A DNA stretch of 64,000 nt from Takakia lepidozioides (lineage: Eukaryota; Plantae; Bryophyta): the NCBI GenBank assembly GCA_030704615.1, contig CM060734.1:36022001-36086000 (forward strand), in the 5' to 3' direction. The notes under the pieces were generated by a model. The model was not told where the DNA came from. It ran no database searches and worked only from the letters and a program-made list of their open reading frames with translations. Below are positions 22,791 to 34,860 of this stretch, in pieces; position 1 is the stretch's first letter; the number at the start of each line of letters is the position of its first letter. Position numbers and translations under genes: made by a program.

Positions 22791-25304
22791 TCACCAATAA
22801 TCCCCACAAGAACACACCCCATTCTTGAAGTGATGAAAGCGGTTGGCATCCCTTGCCACAATTTCTCGTCCAACAATCTTCGATATGAGTTTGGTGGCGG
22901 TGTGACAATCACCACATACCCGCAGGTTCTTGATTATGCGGATCGGTGTCCCAGGAGGCGTACTGATGAGCCCAAAAGCAATTGCCAGCTTTTCGCTGTG
23001 GTGACACAGAGCCTTTTCCTTCACTCCATCATCGACATCATGCAAGACAAAGCGTGTATCTGGCACATATCCTGCCTCCTTCATTTGCCTAGTCAATGTC
23101 TCCAACTCGGCATAAATTTCCTTGCTTTTCGAGTGTGATCTATCTTCTACAAGGAACGTATGTACCCTATTCTTCACCTCTATCCAGCTGCGCCCTGGCT
23201 CTTTTTTCACACCTCTGGTGTCCATCATTTTTCTTACCCTTGCTATTTCATCCCACCTGCCAGCTGCCGCATAGATGTTTGAAAGCAGCACATATACTGC
23301 AGCATTTTGTGGTTCGAACTTGAGAACACGATCGGCGGTCCTTTCTGCTAGCTTCAAATTGCCATGGTTTCTGCATGCACCAAGCAGTGCCACCAAGACT
23401 GTAGCACTTGGTTCAAATGGCATTTTGTTGATCAAGTCATTTGCCTCATCCAATCTCCCTGCACGGCCAAGAAGGTCAACCATGCAGCCGAAGTGCATCA
23501 GCTTCGGTGTGATGCTGTGATCTTGGCTCATGGAAAGGAAGTAATGATGACCTTCATCCACTAGCCCCACGTGGCTACATGCAGAGAGAACACCAATAAA
23601 TGTCACGTCGTCTGGCTGCAGACCTTCAGATTGCATCTCTTCAAAGAGTTGGAGGGCCTCCTTACCATGCCCGTGCTGGGCATATCCTACAATCATTACA
23701 TTCCATGAGACCACATCCCTTTTGAGAATATCGTTAAACACTCGTTGTGCATCCCCCATGCTCCCACACTTAGCATACATGTCAACGAGTGCAGTCCCCA
23801 CACAGATATCTGACTCAGATTCCCTGATATGGGCATGTACCCACTTGCCCTCTTCGAGGGCTCCAATGCTGGCAACAGCCTTGAGGATGCTGACGCAAGT
23901 AGACTTGTCAGGTTTCACTCCTTCTTGTTGCATTTTCTGAAATAGTCCAAATGCCTCTGCACCATCCCCTTCCTGAGCTAATCCAGCCATCATTGCAGAC
24001 CATGAGATAACATCTCGCTCGGGCATTCTGTCAAACACTCGTTGTGCGTCCACCACACTACCGCACTTGCAATACATGCTGAGAAGAGCAGTCCCCACTC
24101 GGACATCTGACTCAAATCCAGCTTCGATAATTCCCACATGGACCTGCTTGCCTTGTGCCAGTGCTGCTGGGATGGCACATGCATTGAGAATGCTGATGAA
24201 GGTGACCTTGTCTGCTTTCAAGCCTTTTCTTTGCATTTGCCAATAGAGTTCAAAGGCATCTGCCCAATGACCCTGCTGACAATATCCTGTAATCATAGCA
24301 GTCCATGAGACCACATCTCGCTTTGGCATTTTATCAAACAATTTGCGTGCATCCACCACACTCCACTTGCAATACATGCTGACAAGGGCAGTGCCTACTC
24401 GAATATCCGACTCAAATCCAGCCTTAATGATGCTGGCATGGAGCAGCTTGCCATGTTCCAGAGCTGCAGGGGTGGCACATGACAGGATGCTCATGAACGA
24501 TATTTGGTTCGGTTTCACCCCATCTCCTTGCATTCGCTGAAAGAGTTCGAATGCCTCTCTACCATGCCCCTGCTGAGATAATCCTGCAATCATGGCATTC
24601 CATGAGATCAAATCTCTCTGAGGCATGTTGTCAAACACTCGCCGGGCATCCACTACACTCCCGCACTTGCAATACATGCCAACCAAGGCAGTCCCCACGC
24701 GCACATCCAACCCAAATCGAGCTTCAGCGATGCCAACATGCAACCGCTTCCCCTCTTCGAGAGCTGCTGGGCTGGCACACGCCTTCAGGATGCTAACGTA
24801 AGTTACCTTGTCTGCCTTTACGCCTTCTCTTTGCATTTGCCAAAAGAGATGAAGAGCCTCCTCACCATGACCGTGTTGAGATAAACCTGCAATCATCACA
24901 TTCCATGAGAACATCTCTCGCTTGGGCATTTCGTCGAACACTTTGCGTGCATCCACCACACTCCCACAATTGCAATACATGTTCAGAAGGGTGTTTCCCA
25001 GGAAGATGTCTGGCTCCAATCTACTTTTGATAATATGTGAATGGACTCCCTTTCCATCTACGAGGGTCCTCCTCTTAGCACACAGCTGCAAAAGCTGAAC
25101 ACACGTATCGTAGTATGCCCCATAGCCTCGTTTCTCCGTCAGGTCCAGCATCTCCTTTAAACCACTAGTTCCAGAGGTGTCAGTACTGTTGCTTCCATCG
25201 CCATCTCCATTTGATGTTTGTTTTCTACAAAGGGTGGCTGTGGCAATGCTCATACCGTTGGCCCCGTTCTGATGTCGATTAAACCGCGAGGGCTCGTTCA
25301 ACAT
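22791..25304 (-). CDS. PLS-class DYW:PG pentatricopeptide repeat protein (organellar C-to-U RNA editing factor), 837 aa, single exon
   Basis: 17 L/S/P motifs, E1, E2, PG box EPGRSWIEV, deaminase motifs HSEKLA and CGDC, C-terminus CSCGDYW. Confidence 0.95.
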   Translation of the reverse strand: MLNEPSRFNRHQNGANGMSIATATLCRKQTSNGDGDGSNSTDTSGTSGLKEMLDLTEKRGYGAYYDTCVQLLQLCAKRRTLVDGKGVHSHIIKSRLEPDIFLGNTLLNMYCNCGSVVDARKVFDEMPKREMFSWNVMIAGLSQHGHGEEALHLFWQMQREGVKADKVTYVSILKACASPAALEEGKRLHVGIAEARFGLDVRVGTALVGMYCKCGSVVDARRVFDNMPQRDLISWNAMIAGLSQQGHGREAFELFQRMQGDGVKPNQISFMSILSCATPAALEHGKLLHASIIKAGFESDIRVGTALVSMYCKWSVVDARKLFDKMPKRDVVSWTAMITGYCQQGHWADAFELYWQMQRKGLKADKVTFISILNACAIPAALAQGKQVHVGIIEAGFESDVRVGTALLSMYCKCGSVVDAQRVFDRMPERDVISWSAMMAGLAQEGDGAEAFGLFQKMQQEGVKPDKSTCVSILKAVASIGALEEGKWVHAHIRESESDICVGTALVDMYAKCGSMGDAQRVFNDILKRDVVSWNVMIVGYAQHGHGKEALQLFEEMQSEGLQPDDVTFIGVLSACSHVGLVDEGHHYFLSMSQDHSITPKLMHFGCMVDLLGRAGRLDEANDLINKMPFEPSATVLVALLGACRNHGNLKLAERTADRVLKFEPQNAAVYVLLSNIYAAAGRWDEIARVRKMMDTRGVKKEPGRSWIEVKNRVHTFLVEDRSHSKSKEIYAELETLTRQMKEAGYVPDTRFVLHDVDDGVKEKALCHHSEKLAIAFGLISTPPGTPIRIIKNLRVCGDCHTATKLISKIVGREIVARDANRFHHFKNGVCSCGDYW

Positions 25305-27306
25305 GAGTTGACACCCCAGCGTCCTGCGTGATAGACATGCAAGAGTTCAATCCAATTATGCTTCTCTGGCTCTTCATTGGTTTCGCAAAGAAACGGGTCT
25401 TACTCAAGCATTTACATTGGGTTAGGGTTTCAACTTTATTCAGACCACAGACGAGAGGGATGAGTTGAGCATATCATACCGAACACTACAAATCTGTCTT
25501 CGGAAGCCCATGGGTACGACGCCCCATGCTAACTCTCGCGAGCCGTGTGTCCTCCACAGCGAGAGGCCAAAGCCTGATCATAGTTTCCCAGTGACATGCA
25601 CAGAGACAATGCAGTGAAACCCACTAGATTATTTGCTGCTCCTCCCTCACCGCGCTAGCATGTTTGGTGGTTTGCAACAGATCCACTGTCTAGGGAGTAA
25701 CAGGGGGGAGGGGCGGGCCACGCAGGCACACCCGCCCAGGGAGCATTCAACTCCCGGGCCTTTTCTATTACTTGGCGATGTGTATGCAGGAAAGAGGGCA
25801 CAGGTGTCACATTCATTCCGTTAGCCGACAGTTGCAGACGTGCAACAGTTCAAAGCTGAGAGGTGCTTGTCCCACAAATGGATAGAAAAGATGAGGTTAA
25901 CTCACTGCCTGGTTCAGGAGTTTTCAATCGGATCCTGATTGGCATCACGATTTGTAGAGGTTGGAGAGAGAAATTGCGGAACCAAGAGGAGGGATGGATA
26001 AGTATGCTGAAACTAAAGAGAATATAGCAGCTGTGAGTGCGAGGGGTGGACATCAGTAATAACCAGACTGACAATATCGAATCCTCCACACCCGAGCTTG
26101 ACCGCAGGCTGCACTATGCGCGCATTAGACAACCATCTACATCAGTGTCGGTAGATGGCTTGACACAGCTGAGGCTCATCCATGACAAAATGCTTCGCTT
26201 CTGGGAAGATATGTGGACGAGCTTGCCATGCTGTCTGCCTGTACGACGTGCTTCCTCGTCATGCTTATTCCCTTATGCATGTGACTCGATCAACTTGACC
26301 CTCCCTCAAGGATAAACTGAGAGAGCGAGATGGGTCCAAAGGGCTTGCATAAGTAGGCAAGCTTAAGTGATTCTGTGAGGTATGCATAGCGCCTGTCACT
26401 CATGTGTGCAATCTCTGTATGCCAGGCTTTAAACAGATTGAGGGTGATCAATGCCAGAGCGGAAAGAGAACGGAAAACCCAGTACTATTGTGGAAATGTA
26501 TGATCCTACAGCATGTCTACCGTTGTTGTCCGACGACTGCAAGGATCAACATCGCAGAATCTCCCTCAAGTAAGAACATTGCAGCTGGGTTGTCTGCTGT
26601 TGTTTATCGACATTTGCGCCCCAGTACTACTTCAATGCACAATCTAGCATCAAGATTATCAAAGAGGGCCGCGGGATTTTTTAACGGCTTATGATCTTTG
26701 TGAAAGGAAGCGAATCTACAGGGCATAGAGATTGTTGAATCATGCGAAAAATACAAATCTGAACTTGAATAAACAGTCTGACTCCAGTTGCTGCAACCGG
26801 CCATCAAACAATCCAAATGTTGCAAGGCAAGAGGAAAATTGGGTGATCATGCAAGGTGGGAGATTCAAAAAATAGTTAAACTTTCGAGCTCACTTCGAGC
26901 TTTCTTTTCAGTGTTTAAATTGCAGGGAATATTCTTGCTCACTCCAGCAAAGAATGATGATTTCCCCTATTATACAAATCTACGGTATGATGGGTCAATT
27001 TTTTCCCACTGCTGGTTTTTCATTGAGCCTCGTGAACAAAATTCGGTACCCGGAACTACGGTTCAAACGCATCAAATGCGGCGCTACAATTGCGTGATGA
27101 CTACGAAAAAACTGCTCCGACGAAGCTGAAGTTGACGGATTGCATGTTGTTTGGGTTGTATCGGTTTTGATGCATAGCTCTACCAACGTCAAGCCCTACT
27201 CCCTAGCTGGGTTGACAAAAAAGACGTCCCCATTGAAGTCAGCCATTTACATGTTACTAACAAGGAAACACGGGCGGAGAGAGGGCGGAGAAGGGACGTT
27301 GAATGG

Positions 27307-27816
27307 CTAGTTGCAAAAATTGCGGTTGATGTGGTTGGAGTAGTCAAGCGTTCCAGCACCTTCCCATCCCATCCAGTCCTCCCAGTCCTCCCAAGAATTG
27401 TCTCCAACTCCCATGAAGCTCTCACCCTCGACTTCCCGGAATTCCCATTGTGCTTCCCCATTAAGAATATCCTCATAAGCTCTATGAATTTGTTGAAACT
27501 TCGTCTCGCAGTCCTTGTCCCTGCACACATCCGGGTGAAATTTAAGGGCGAGGAGGCGATATGCTTTCTTGATCTCTGTCTTAGATGCACTTGGACCTAC
27601 TCCCAAAGTTTTATAACAATCTTCGGTCACAACTCCGTTCGCAGACTCTCTCGCTGCCAAACCACGGCGATAACTTACACCGCTCTCTTGTCCCCAACTT
27701 ACCCCAGCAAAATGGCTTGGAGTGGAATTGGAAAGTGTTTCTCTTCGGAATGAGCTCATGCTTAGTCGTTGTACGGTACTCACGCTACTTCCAACCATCG
27801 AACACGCGTGAGCCAT
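27307..27816 (-). CDS. ATJ8: Chloroplast DnaJ 8-like J-domain protein, intronless, 169 aa from the first ATG
   Basis: J domain (YKTLGV...IKKAYRLLALKFHPD), Ser/Arg-rich N-terminus, family C-terminal motif WEDWMGWEGAGTLDYSNHIN. Confidence 0.85.
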   Translation of the reverse strand: MAHACSMVGSSVSTVQRLSMSSFRRETLSNSTPSHFAGVSWGQESGVSYRRGLAARESANGVVTEDCYKTLGVGPSASKTEIKKAYRLLALKFHPDVCRDKDCETKFQQIHRAYEDILNGEAQWEFREVEGESFMGVGDNSWEDWEDWMGWEGAGTLDYSNHINRNFCN

Positions 27817-28454
27817 AATTCTTCGCACTGATCTGTTCCAACTCCTGCTTTCCTGATCTCACCCAACCCAACTACCTGTACCCTTTCTATCAACGAAATT
27901 CTCCAAGTCTCTCCTCGAATCTACAAAGAACTCTACAACGTGTGATCTGTGAAGAGAGATCTACACTGGGACTCGGAAAACAACAAAGATTGGACGTAGA
28001 AACACAGAAACGAGCACAGCTTCGAGTGAGGAAGGAGCCGAGGATTTGTGCCCTTTTATGGCATGCGACTGAGCAGTTCGCTGCATCCTAAGCGGCAGCT
28101 GGATGTGGTGGGCCCCGGCAGCGGCTGCAGCCTGGGCGGGCCCTGCTTCCAAGGGGGTAACTTAGCCCCCGCTGGTGGGAACATGTGCACGGAATTCTAC
28201 CCCCTGGGCGGCTAAGAGTTTCTTTTTAAAAACATTTAAAAAAAAAACAAGGAGCGACAACTCACAATTCAGGCAGAAATCAAGTTTTGTTTTAAAAATC
28301 GAAAATCAAGTTGAGATTTAACAGCAAGTCTATACGTCTATACAGTAATTAATTAATCAAAAAACTCTTGACGATAGAAATTCGTAGAATAACACGTGTC
28401 GACTAAGGACTAACTATAGGACAAAATATTATATTTATTTATGATAAGACTACT

Positions 28455-30185
28455 ACGTCAATGGCTGTGTATGTCTATATACATATAAAATACAAGGTAA
28501 CTACAAGCTTATCCAAAACTTGCTGGCAAGAATCAAATAAAACACCCAGTTTCTAGTCGGTCGCCACGGTCTTCGGCCATCTTGATCAGAACATTTGCCG
28601 TCCAATTCATAATTCCAACGGCTCGATATGACCACTGTTGGACTGGTATTGTATTTTGAACACACCAGGCTGGTACTGGTTTATAGGCCTCCGGCCAATT
28701 GTGATACAGGGAGGTACTGGTATTGGCAAAAATCTGAGATTTGGATACCATGGTGGTATCAATAACTGATTGGTGTGGTGTTTTACGGGTATCAATAGCA
28801 AGAGTTTTTAGAAATCGATACCAGGGTATTATCAATACTGGTGTGGTATCAAAAAAACTCATGATATGTTAAATATTGAAAGGCCCACTTCTCATATAAA
28901 TGTGTACAAGCATGCAGCGTTTGTTTTTTGGCGAATTTTCGCCAAACAGCGACCTCAAAAAATAGAAAAAAATATTCCGCAGCAAACTCCATGTTTTTCA
29001 TGGATGAAATCGCCAAATTTCTCCAAAAATAATAATAATAATGGATGAATTCGAAAGGAGCCAGTATTAGGTTTATGAATTTGGTCCTCAAATGTGGAGA
29101 TGACACCACTAACCCTCAATGGATTCCAAGCCTGAACATTCGTCGAGATTCCCGAGAATGGATTCAATGAGCTATGGCCATTATCATCTGTGGCCGTGCT
29201 TTGGCAAAAGTATGGAGTTATGCCAAAATAAGAGAAAGTGGGATTATGAAGTTGTTATGATTCATTTCTTTCTCTGCCCATTTGTAAAGATGAAATTGTG
29301 GACTAAAGGGCTTCCTCCCATGTTCTCCCCAAAAAAAAAATAAAAAAATGGACGCTTGAATGCTATATACGAACTAGTAACTGTACACATACCTACTTAA
29401 CCCCTAAGCGCCGGGAGCCATTTTGGTGGGGCAGCCCCAAAATGGGACCCACTGTCATGGATCAGGCTATATCTGCCAGTGTTGATTCATCCACATATAT
29501 GAACCTTATCAACTGACAGGTACCTACTACATCCAGCTACTGACAAAATTCGGGAAGAAATGACCGTTAGCGTTGGTACATTATAACAAATTTCCAGGGT
29601 GGATTTTTCAACTGCACACAAAAGTACAAGGAAAAATGCACTTTGACCAAGGTGCTTTGCCCTCACAATGATTTTTCTCTGTTTACAGTGGCGGATGTCA
29701 TCATCCATCACCATCCACTGCGACGGGCTCCGTGACCCGTCGCCCTGGAGAAAAGCATCCATGTCCATGCCCCTAAAGGTATTCCATAGATGGCCCACCA
29801 AATTGCCGAGGAGCCACAACGGCTTTGAGACGATCCCAGGTACCCGGAATGGATGCATTCCATCCCGCACACAACACGTGTGGTGTTGTGGATAAGTCTG
29901 CCACTCTCGACTGAGTTAACCTAACCTAATGTTACCTTGCATTTTCATCACACCCAATTAAATCCTTGCACAATACCCTGGTCATATCCGGCCGTTGGAA
30001 ATTATGAATCGGACGGCAAATATTTTGGTCAAGAAAAATGTGGGTGGATGGCCGAAGACCCCGGCGACGGACTAGGAACTGGGTGTCTTGTTTGATTCTT
30101 TCCATCAATTTTGGATAAGCTTGTAGTTTGTATTAAGTTACCTTGATATACAGTATGTATATACACATATAAAACCATTGAGGAT
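28455..30185. repeat. Diverged inverted repeat pair of about 180-200 bp (28455-28634 / 29979-30185) enclosing MITE fragments; possible long-TIR element
   Basis: CTACAAGCTTATCCAAAA...GATATGACCA matches the reverse complement of TGGTCATATC...TTTTGGATAAGCTTGTAG. No TSD found. Confidence 0.65.
28633..28870. mobile_element. Truncated hAT-type MITE of the same family as 40762-41266
   Basis: Starts CACTGTTGGACTGGTAT (one mismatch to that TIR) and has TGGTAT/ATACCA repeats; right end not found. Confidence 0.55.
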
Positions 30186-30591
30186 GACATCACGGTGATA
30201 AACCATATTAAAACCGTAAAGAACTTTCAGCTTTTCCCCTCGAAGGAAACCGGTGAGCTTAACCCTATGAATCCACCGTCCAAGGCAGTGATCAGAATCC
30301 TATAATCTACGCGCCAGGTTGGCCAATGCATTACAACAGTTCCATGTGCGTTCTTCACGCATGGTAAGCCTCTGAGTGGAGGGGAATACCTACACTCGCC
30401 CCGCCACGAGGCGGTTATCCTATGGTCTACGCGCTAGGCTGGCCAATGCATTACAAGAGTTCCATGTGTGTTCTTCATGCACAGTGAGCCTCCAAGTGGA
30501 GGGGATTACCTACACTTGCCCCACCACTCGGCTACCGCATCGTGGTGGGGCTCATTTTGGTAATCTCCTCCACTTGGAGGATTACCCTACA

Positions 30592-30755
30592 TAATATAAT
30601 AATATATGAGGCTTCCCGAAGCGTAAATTATGGTGTCTCTTGACTCCGAAGGGCTACTGGGACACCTTTGCGACACCAATCGGTGGATTGAACCCACAAC
30701 CACTTCTGAGGTGGTATGTGCCCAATGGTATGTGCCCATTACCACTAGGCTGTCC
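30592..30755 (-). mobile_element. tRNA-derived SINE, copy 4
   Basis: TSD TTACCCTACA at 30582-30591 and 30756-30765; family homology. Confidence 0.85.
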
Positions 30756-31740
30756 TTACCCTACACATAAAACATGATATCACGGTCAGTGACATCACTA
30801 GAATAAAGCTTAATAGATTTTTTTTTTCCTCAATAACTTTAGTGGGTTGCTAGGTGGAACCATGCATGTAGACAGCCTGGTAGATCCCATGTTGGCTACA
30901 GGCAGGTTCCGAGCAAGGTTCTAGGCAGGTTCAGAGCAAGGTTCTGCAGTGTAAACCGACCTTGTGACACATGGCAATAGAATACATGCTAAAAATCAAA
31001 ATTCTACTGCGTTGTGGAATAACAGGAACTTTGCGGGATTCCTAAGCGGAACCCATGACTCATGTCGGTGCTACTACATAGAGTGACACGGAATAAGTGA
31101 CATCACGAGAGTGACACCGAATGGGTGTCACTAATCCAATTGGTATAACTCCCATTTGGTGATATGAAATTAAAGGACGAGCTAACTTTTTCACTTTTGC
31201 AAAATAACAATATATACCTTGACTAAACTAGCTATATCTTCTCACCCCTATCCATCCACTTGGATGAACCTTACAACCTCATCCCTACAGACGACATGAA
31301 CAACATCACAAAATTTGGGCAGGTTTGACCGTTGCAAATAGGAGATTATAACGAAAAAAAATGACAAAAATTCGAACCCAAATAAAACTTACATGACACA
31401 AAATGGTTTGACCATGGAAATTTTCCAATATCCATATTTCTCTTGGATGAATGGCCTCCAGATTCACAATTCGGGGCACATAGGTGGTGCTCCCTGAAAA
31501 TTTCAGAGTGAAATCACCTAGGATACATATTCACCTTGAATCCTTCATAAAATCGGTGTAGACTCATATGGCATCGTAATGGAATATAACAAGCGGCTAG
31601 TCGCGTAATGGCTCCACCCTAAAAGTCAAAAGAAATCCTTAAAATATTATATTAAAATAAGGAGCCAAGCGCACCGCGGCACTCTTTGAAGAAAGACAAT
31701 CACATATTCAAACTATATTTAAACATGTTCCGCATAAGAG

Positions 31741-31784
<44 letters not shown>

Positions 31785-31944
31785 TTATATAAAGTCGGGG
31801 ACAGAGACCTTGACATAACTTTATTGATGTATAAAAAAACAAAAACAAATAAAGAATAAATGATGTATGAATTAAATATTGATGTATGATATCGCTGAAA
31901 TACTGAAATATTTGCTGAAGATCCTGATTGAGATATTGAAATAC

Positions 31945-32080
31945 TAAAACTTTGATGTACTAAAATGTTGTTTGTCTCCTTGGTTTAAAGTCTGTAGAGC
32001 CTCTTTCACCGCGCACATAGCATCCTCACATGCTACAAGTGTTAGAAGAGGCATTCCCATCCCCCGGCCTTCCCAAGCAG
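31945..32080 (-). pseudogene. N-terminal relic of the same PPR family as 14670-18880
   Basis: CTCCTTGGTTTAAAGT(C/T)TGTAGAGCCTCT...AGAAGAGGCATT matches 18726-18813; translates EALQTLNQG. Confidence 0.7.
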
Positions 32081-34410
32081 AGGATAGACCACAGCTTGAA
32101 TTTGAGCCTATGCTAACGAAATTTGGAATGAAGCCCTGAGCACCATGTAGAAACCAAAGCGAAAAAATAACAATCACGGTGCTCACACAATCTGAACTTG
32201 CAAAGTAGCACAACCTCCCACAATTCCAAGGTCACAAAACTGTGGGATGCACATGTGCGGCACTTCCCCTCTATGCCCATACCCCAACACTCAAGCAACC
32301 TTTTGTTGATCAAGAAGAGGCACTACAAAAAGACCAGGCTCGCTTTCACACCCTTGACAAGTGAAAAACTAGGACTGGCCGCAAAAAGGTTACGAGCCCT
32401 TCGGGCATATCCCCAGGAGGATATATCATATTTGTCATGGTTTTAGTCATGGTTAACTAGAATTACCTACTTCTAATAACTAGGACATTTTGGATATTAT
32501 ACTACAGTTGCAAGCATCCATCTCCAGTGATCGACGTAAGCTCCTAGCGAAGATCGATATCATGGCTTTATATTTGTATTTTGTGTGTTGGGACTTCATT
32601 TGGTCTCACATGCCAAGTGAGGTGTCCAACCTCACTTGGGACATGGGGATGGGCTTTCCCCTTGTGAGTGTTGAGGAGGGCTCATCTTCTTGTAGTTGAG
32701 CCTCCATGAGCCTCTCTCACCTCCATATTGAGAGGGAGTGTGTTGAGGGCTTTGTAGGGTGGATTCCCTTAGCAAGAGTGCCATTGGCTTGACTTAGTTT
32801 ATGTGATTGAGTGGATTCATGAGTGGATTGTTTCCATTGTGTTCACTTTCATTATCACTACAAAAAGATGACCTTATACTTGTAAATGCGGAGTATAAGG
32901 GTTAGTTTAGCACTCGTGTGTTGAAGAGCTTGGGAAGATAGCTCTTGTATTGCAAGGTGTTCTATATATTGCAAAGGAAAATCCTTGTGGTGTTAGGACT
33001 TTGAGAGATATTGCTTTGCCCTACAGAGGTGGAGATCTCAAAGATGGAGCTCTTGTAGATCACAAGCCTTGCAAGGAAAGGTTTTTGGTGAAGTTGCATG
33101 CACCAAGGAATTGAGAGCAAAGAGAATTTAGCTCTTGTATTACAAAGCTTGCAAAGGTTACAAGGAAAGGTATTTGTGGTATTACACCAAGGGTATTACA
33201 CCAAGGTGTTGGGGAGCTCATGAAGGAGCTTGTTTGCCACAAGATTTGAGAGGATTGCAAGAGGGAAGTCTTGTGTGTGTGGAAGCATGGATTCTAAGGA
33301 TTGAGAATCATTTCTATGCATTATGGAGTCAATGGTGTATGCCATGGCTTGTGGAGAGCAACTAAATGATTGTTAGTACTCATTTCACTATCAATCTAGG
33401 GTTAAGCAAGCTCAAGTGTGGATGTTGTGGAAGAGAAGCCAATGAGCTACATAGGCCAGGGCTTGAAGACAATAAGGGCAAGCACTTGGAGAGCATTAGG
33501 AAGCTCAAGAGGTTTGAAGGGGAGCACGGGAAGAAGTCTTCCAATCATGGTGGTGTAGAGCCAAGCTTAGGGCATTGGAAGGGCTTGGAGAACAACTTGT
33601 GGAAAGTCCTTGAAGAGATATCATCATTCAAGCATGCTTCTCAAGTGTGGCTTCCAATTTCAAGCTTGAGGAGAGCTAGAAGGTGAAGGGAGCAAGTTGA
33701 TTCCCTTGTGTATGAGGTGATGCATGTGTGGAGCATGCTTTTGGCTTGAGCTTTGCAATTTCAAGCTTGAGAGGAGTGGCTCTTGAGCTAGCAATTGAAT
33801 GGAGCTTGAATGATCAAGGCTTGAGAGGAGACAAGGCTTGGAGGCTTGCCAAAGGAGTGACATAGGAAGAGTCCTTGGAGGACTGTTTGGGGTCCTTGGA
33901 GGACCATTTGGAGTTCTTTGGAGGACTGTTTGGGGTTCTTGCAGGCCAAAATTTGGCGAGCTTGAGGAGTCTTTGGCGACTTCTGTGAGGGACTATTTGG
34001 GGTCATCGAGGGCTAAGTTTGGGTAGGCTTTTTTGGGGCTTTGGTGTACTGTGCACGAGGGATTACATACCATGAGCTCTTCATTCGATTGTTGTCAGAT
34101 CATCCTACAGATGGCTCTATTATGAGAACTAAAGCCATTGTTACGGACGCAATGTCTTATGATGTGCTTGTTGGTGGGGCTGTGTTATACCCGATGGGCT
34201 TTACTTTGGACTTTTGGGAGGAAACGACATCCTACAGGCCAGAATGACAGTCAGGGGATGGTCGACGTGCACTGCTCCCAGTGCGGTTTATTGGGAATGT
34301 AGCGGTGGATCATAGGAACATGATGCCCACAGTGGCTGCATTCTCAGGGGTGGTGGCTTGGGGTGGTGAGCTCTTGGAGTGCAATAGCCATGCAAATGAT
34401 AGGCCACCAC

Positions 34411-34860
34411 ATACTAGATGCAGCAGCGGTGGGATCACGCACACATCAACCTCGATTGTGGTGGACTAATCTTGCACCACCAGAGCTGCTCAAAAGAGCA
34501 TACAATTCCATTCAACGGCCACCCAATCTCACGGTTGAGGGCATTTTGGACCAAGGGAGGCAACCACAGAGGGTGCGACATGATGACCGTCCACCTCTTG
34601 CAGTGGTCAATCGAGTGGGGCAGCCACGTGCGGCCTTGCCTACGCTTATGAGCTTTCTCTCGTCTCATGCTTTTTGAGACAATGGTCCTGGGTTGATTTG
34701 GGACAGTGTGCTACAGCAATTGGTGGAGCCCAATGCAGATGAGCAAGAGCGGGCAATGGGATTTGTCATGGGCACTATAGCTGTGTCATCTCTGTCAGAG
34801 GCATCACGCCAATATGTGTTGGATCAAGCAATGGATCTAAATTGCTTGACATAGATCATT
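34411..34860 (+). pseudogene. C-terminal half of a C5 cytosine DNA methyltransferase domain within the retroelement polyprotein
   Basis: Reading through two stops gives ILDAAAVGSRTHQPRLWWTNL (motif VIII-like), EPNADEQERAMGFVMGT (motif IX-like) and SEASRQYVLDQAMDLNCL (motif X-like). Motifs I-VI are not seen. Confidence 0.75.

Noticed and set aside
22830-24796. Antisense ORFs over the PPR genes and TEs
   Set aside because: Shadow ORFs of repetitive coding sequence.
32321-32868. CACTACAAAAAGA at 32321 and 32856 as CACTA left ends
   Set aside because: No matching right TIR with a 3-bp TSD; TTTGTAGTG near 44015 has non-matching flanks. The 32856 motif remains a caveat for the outer A1 boundary.
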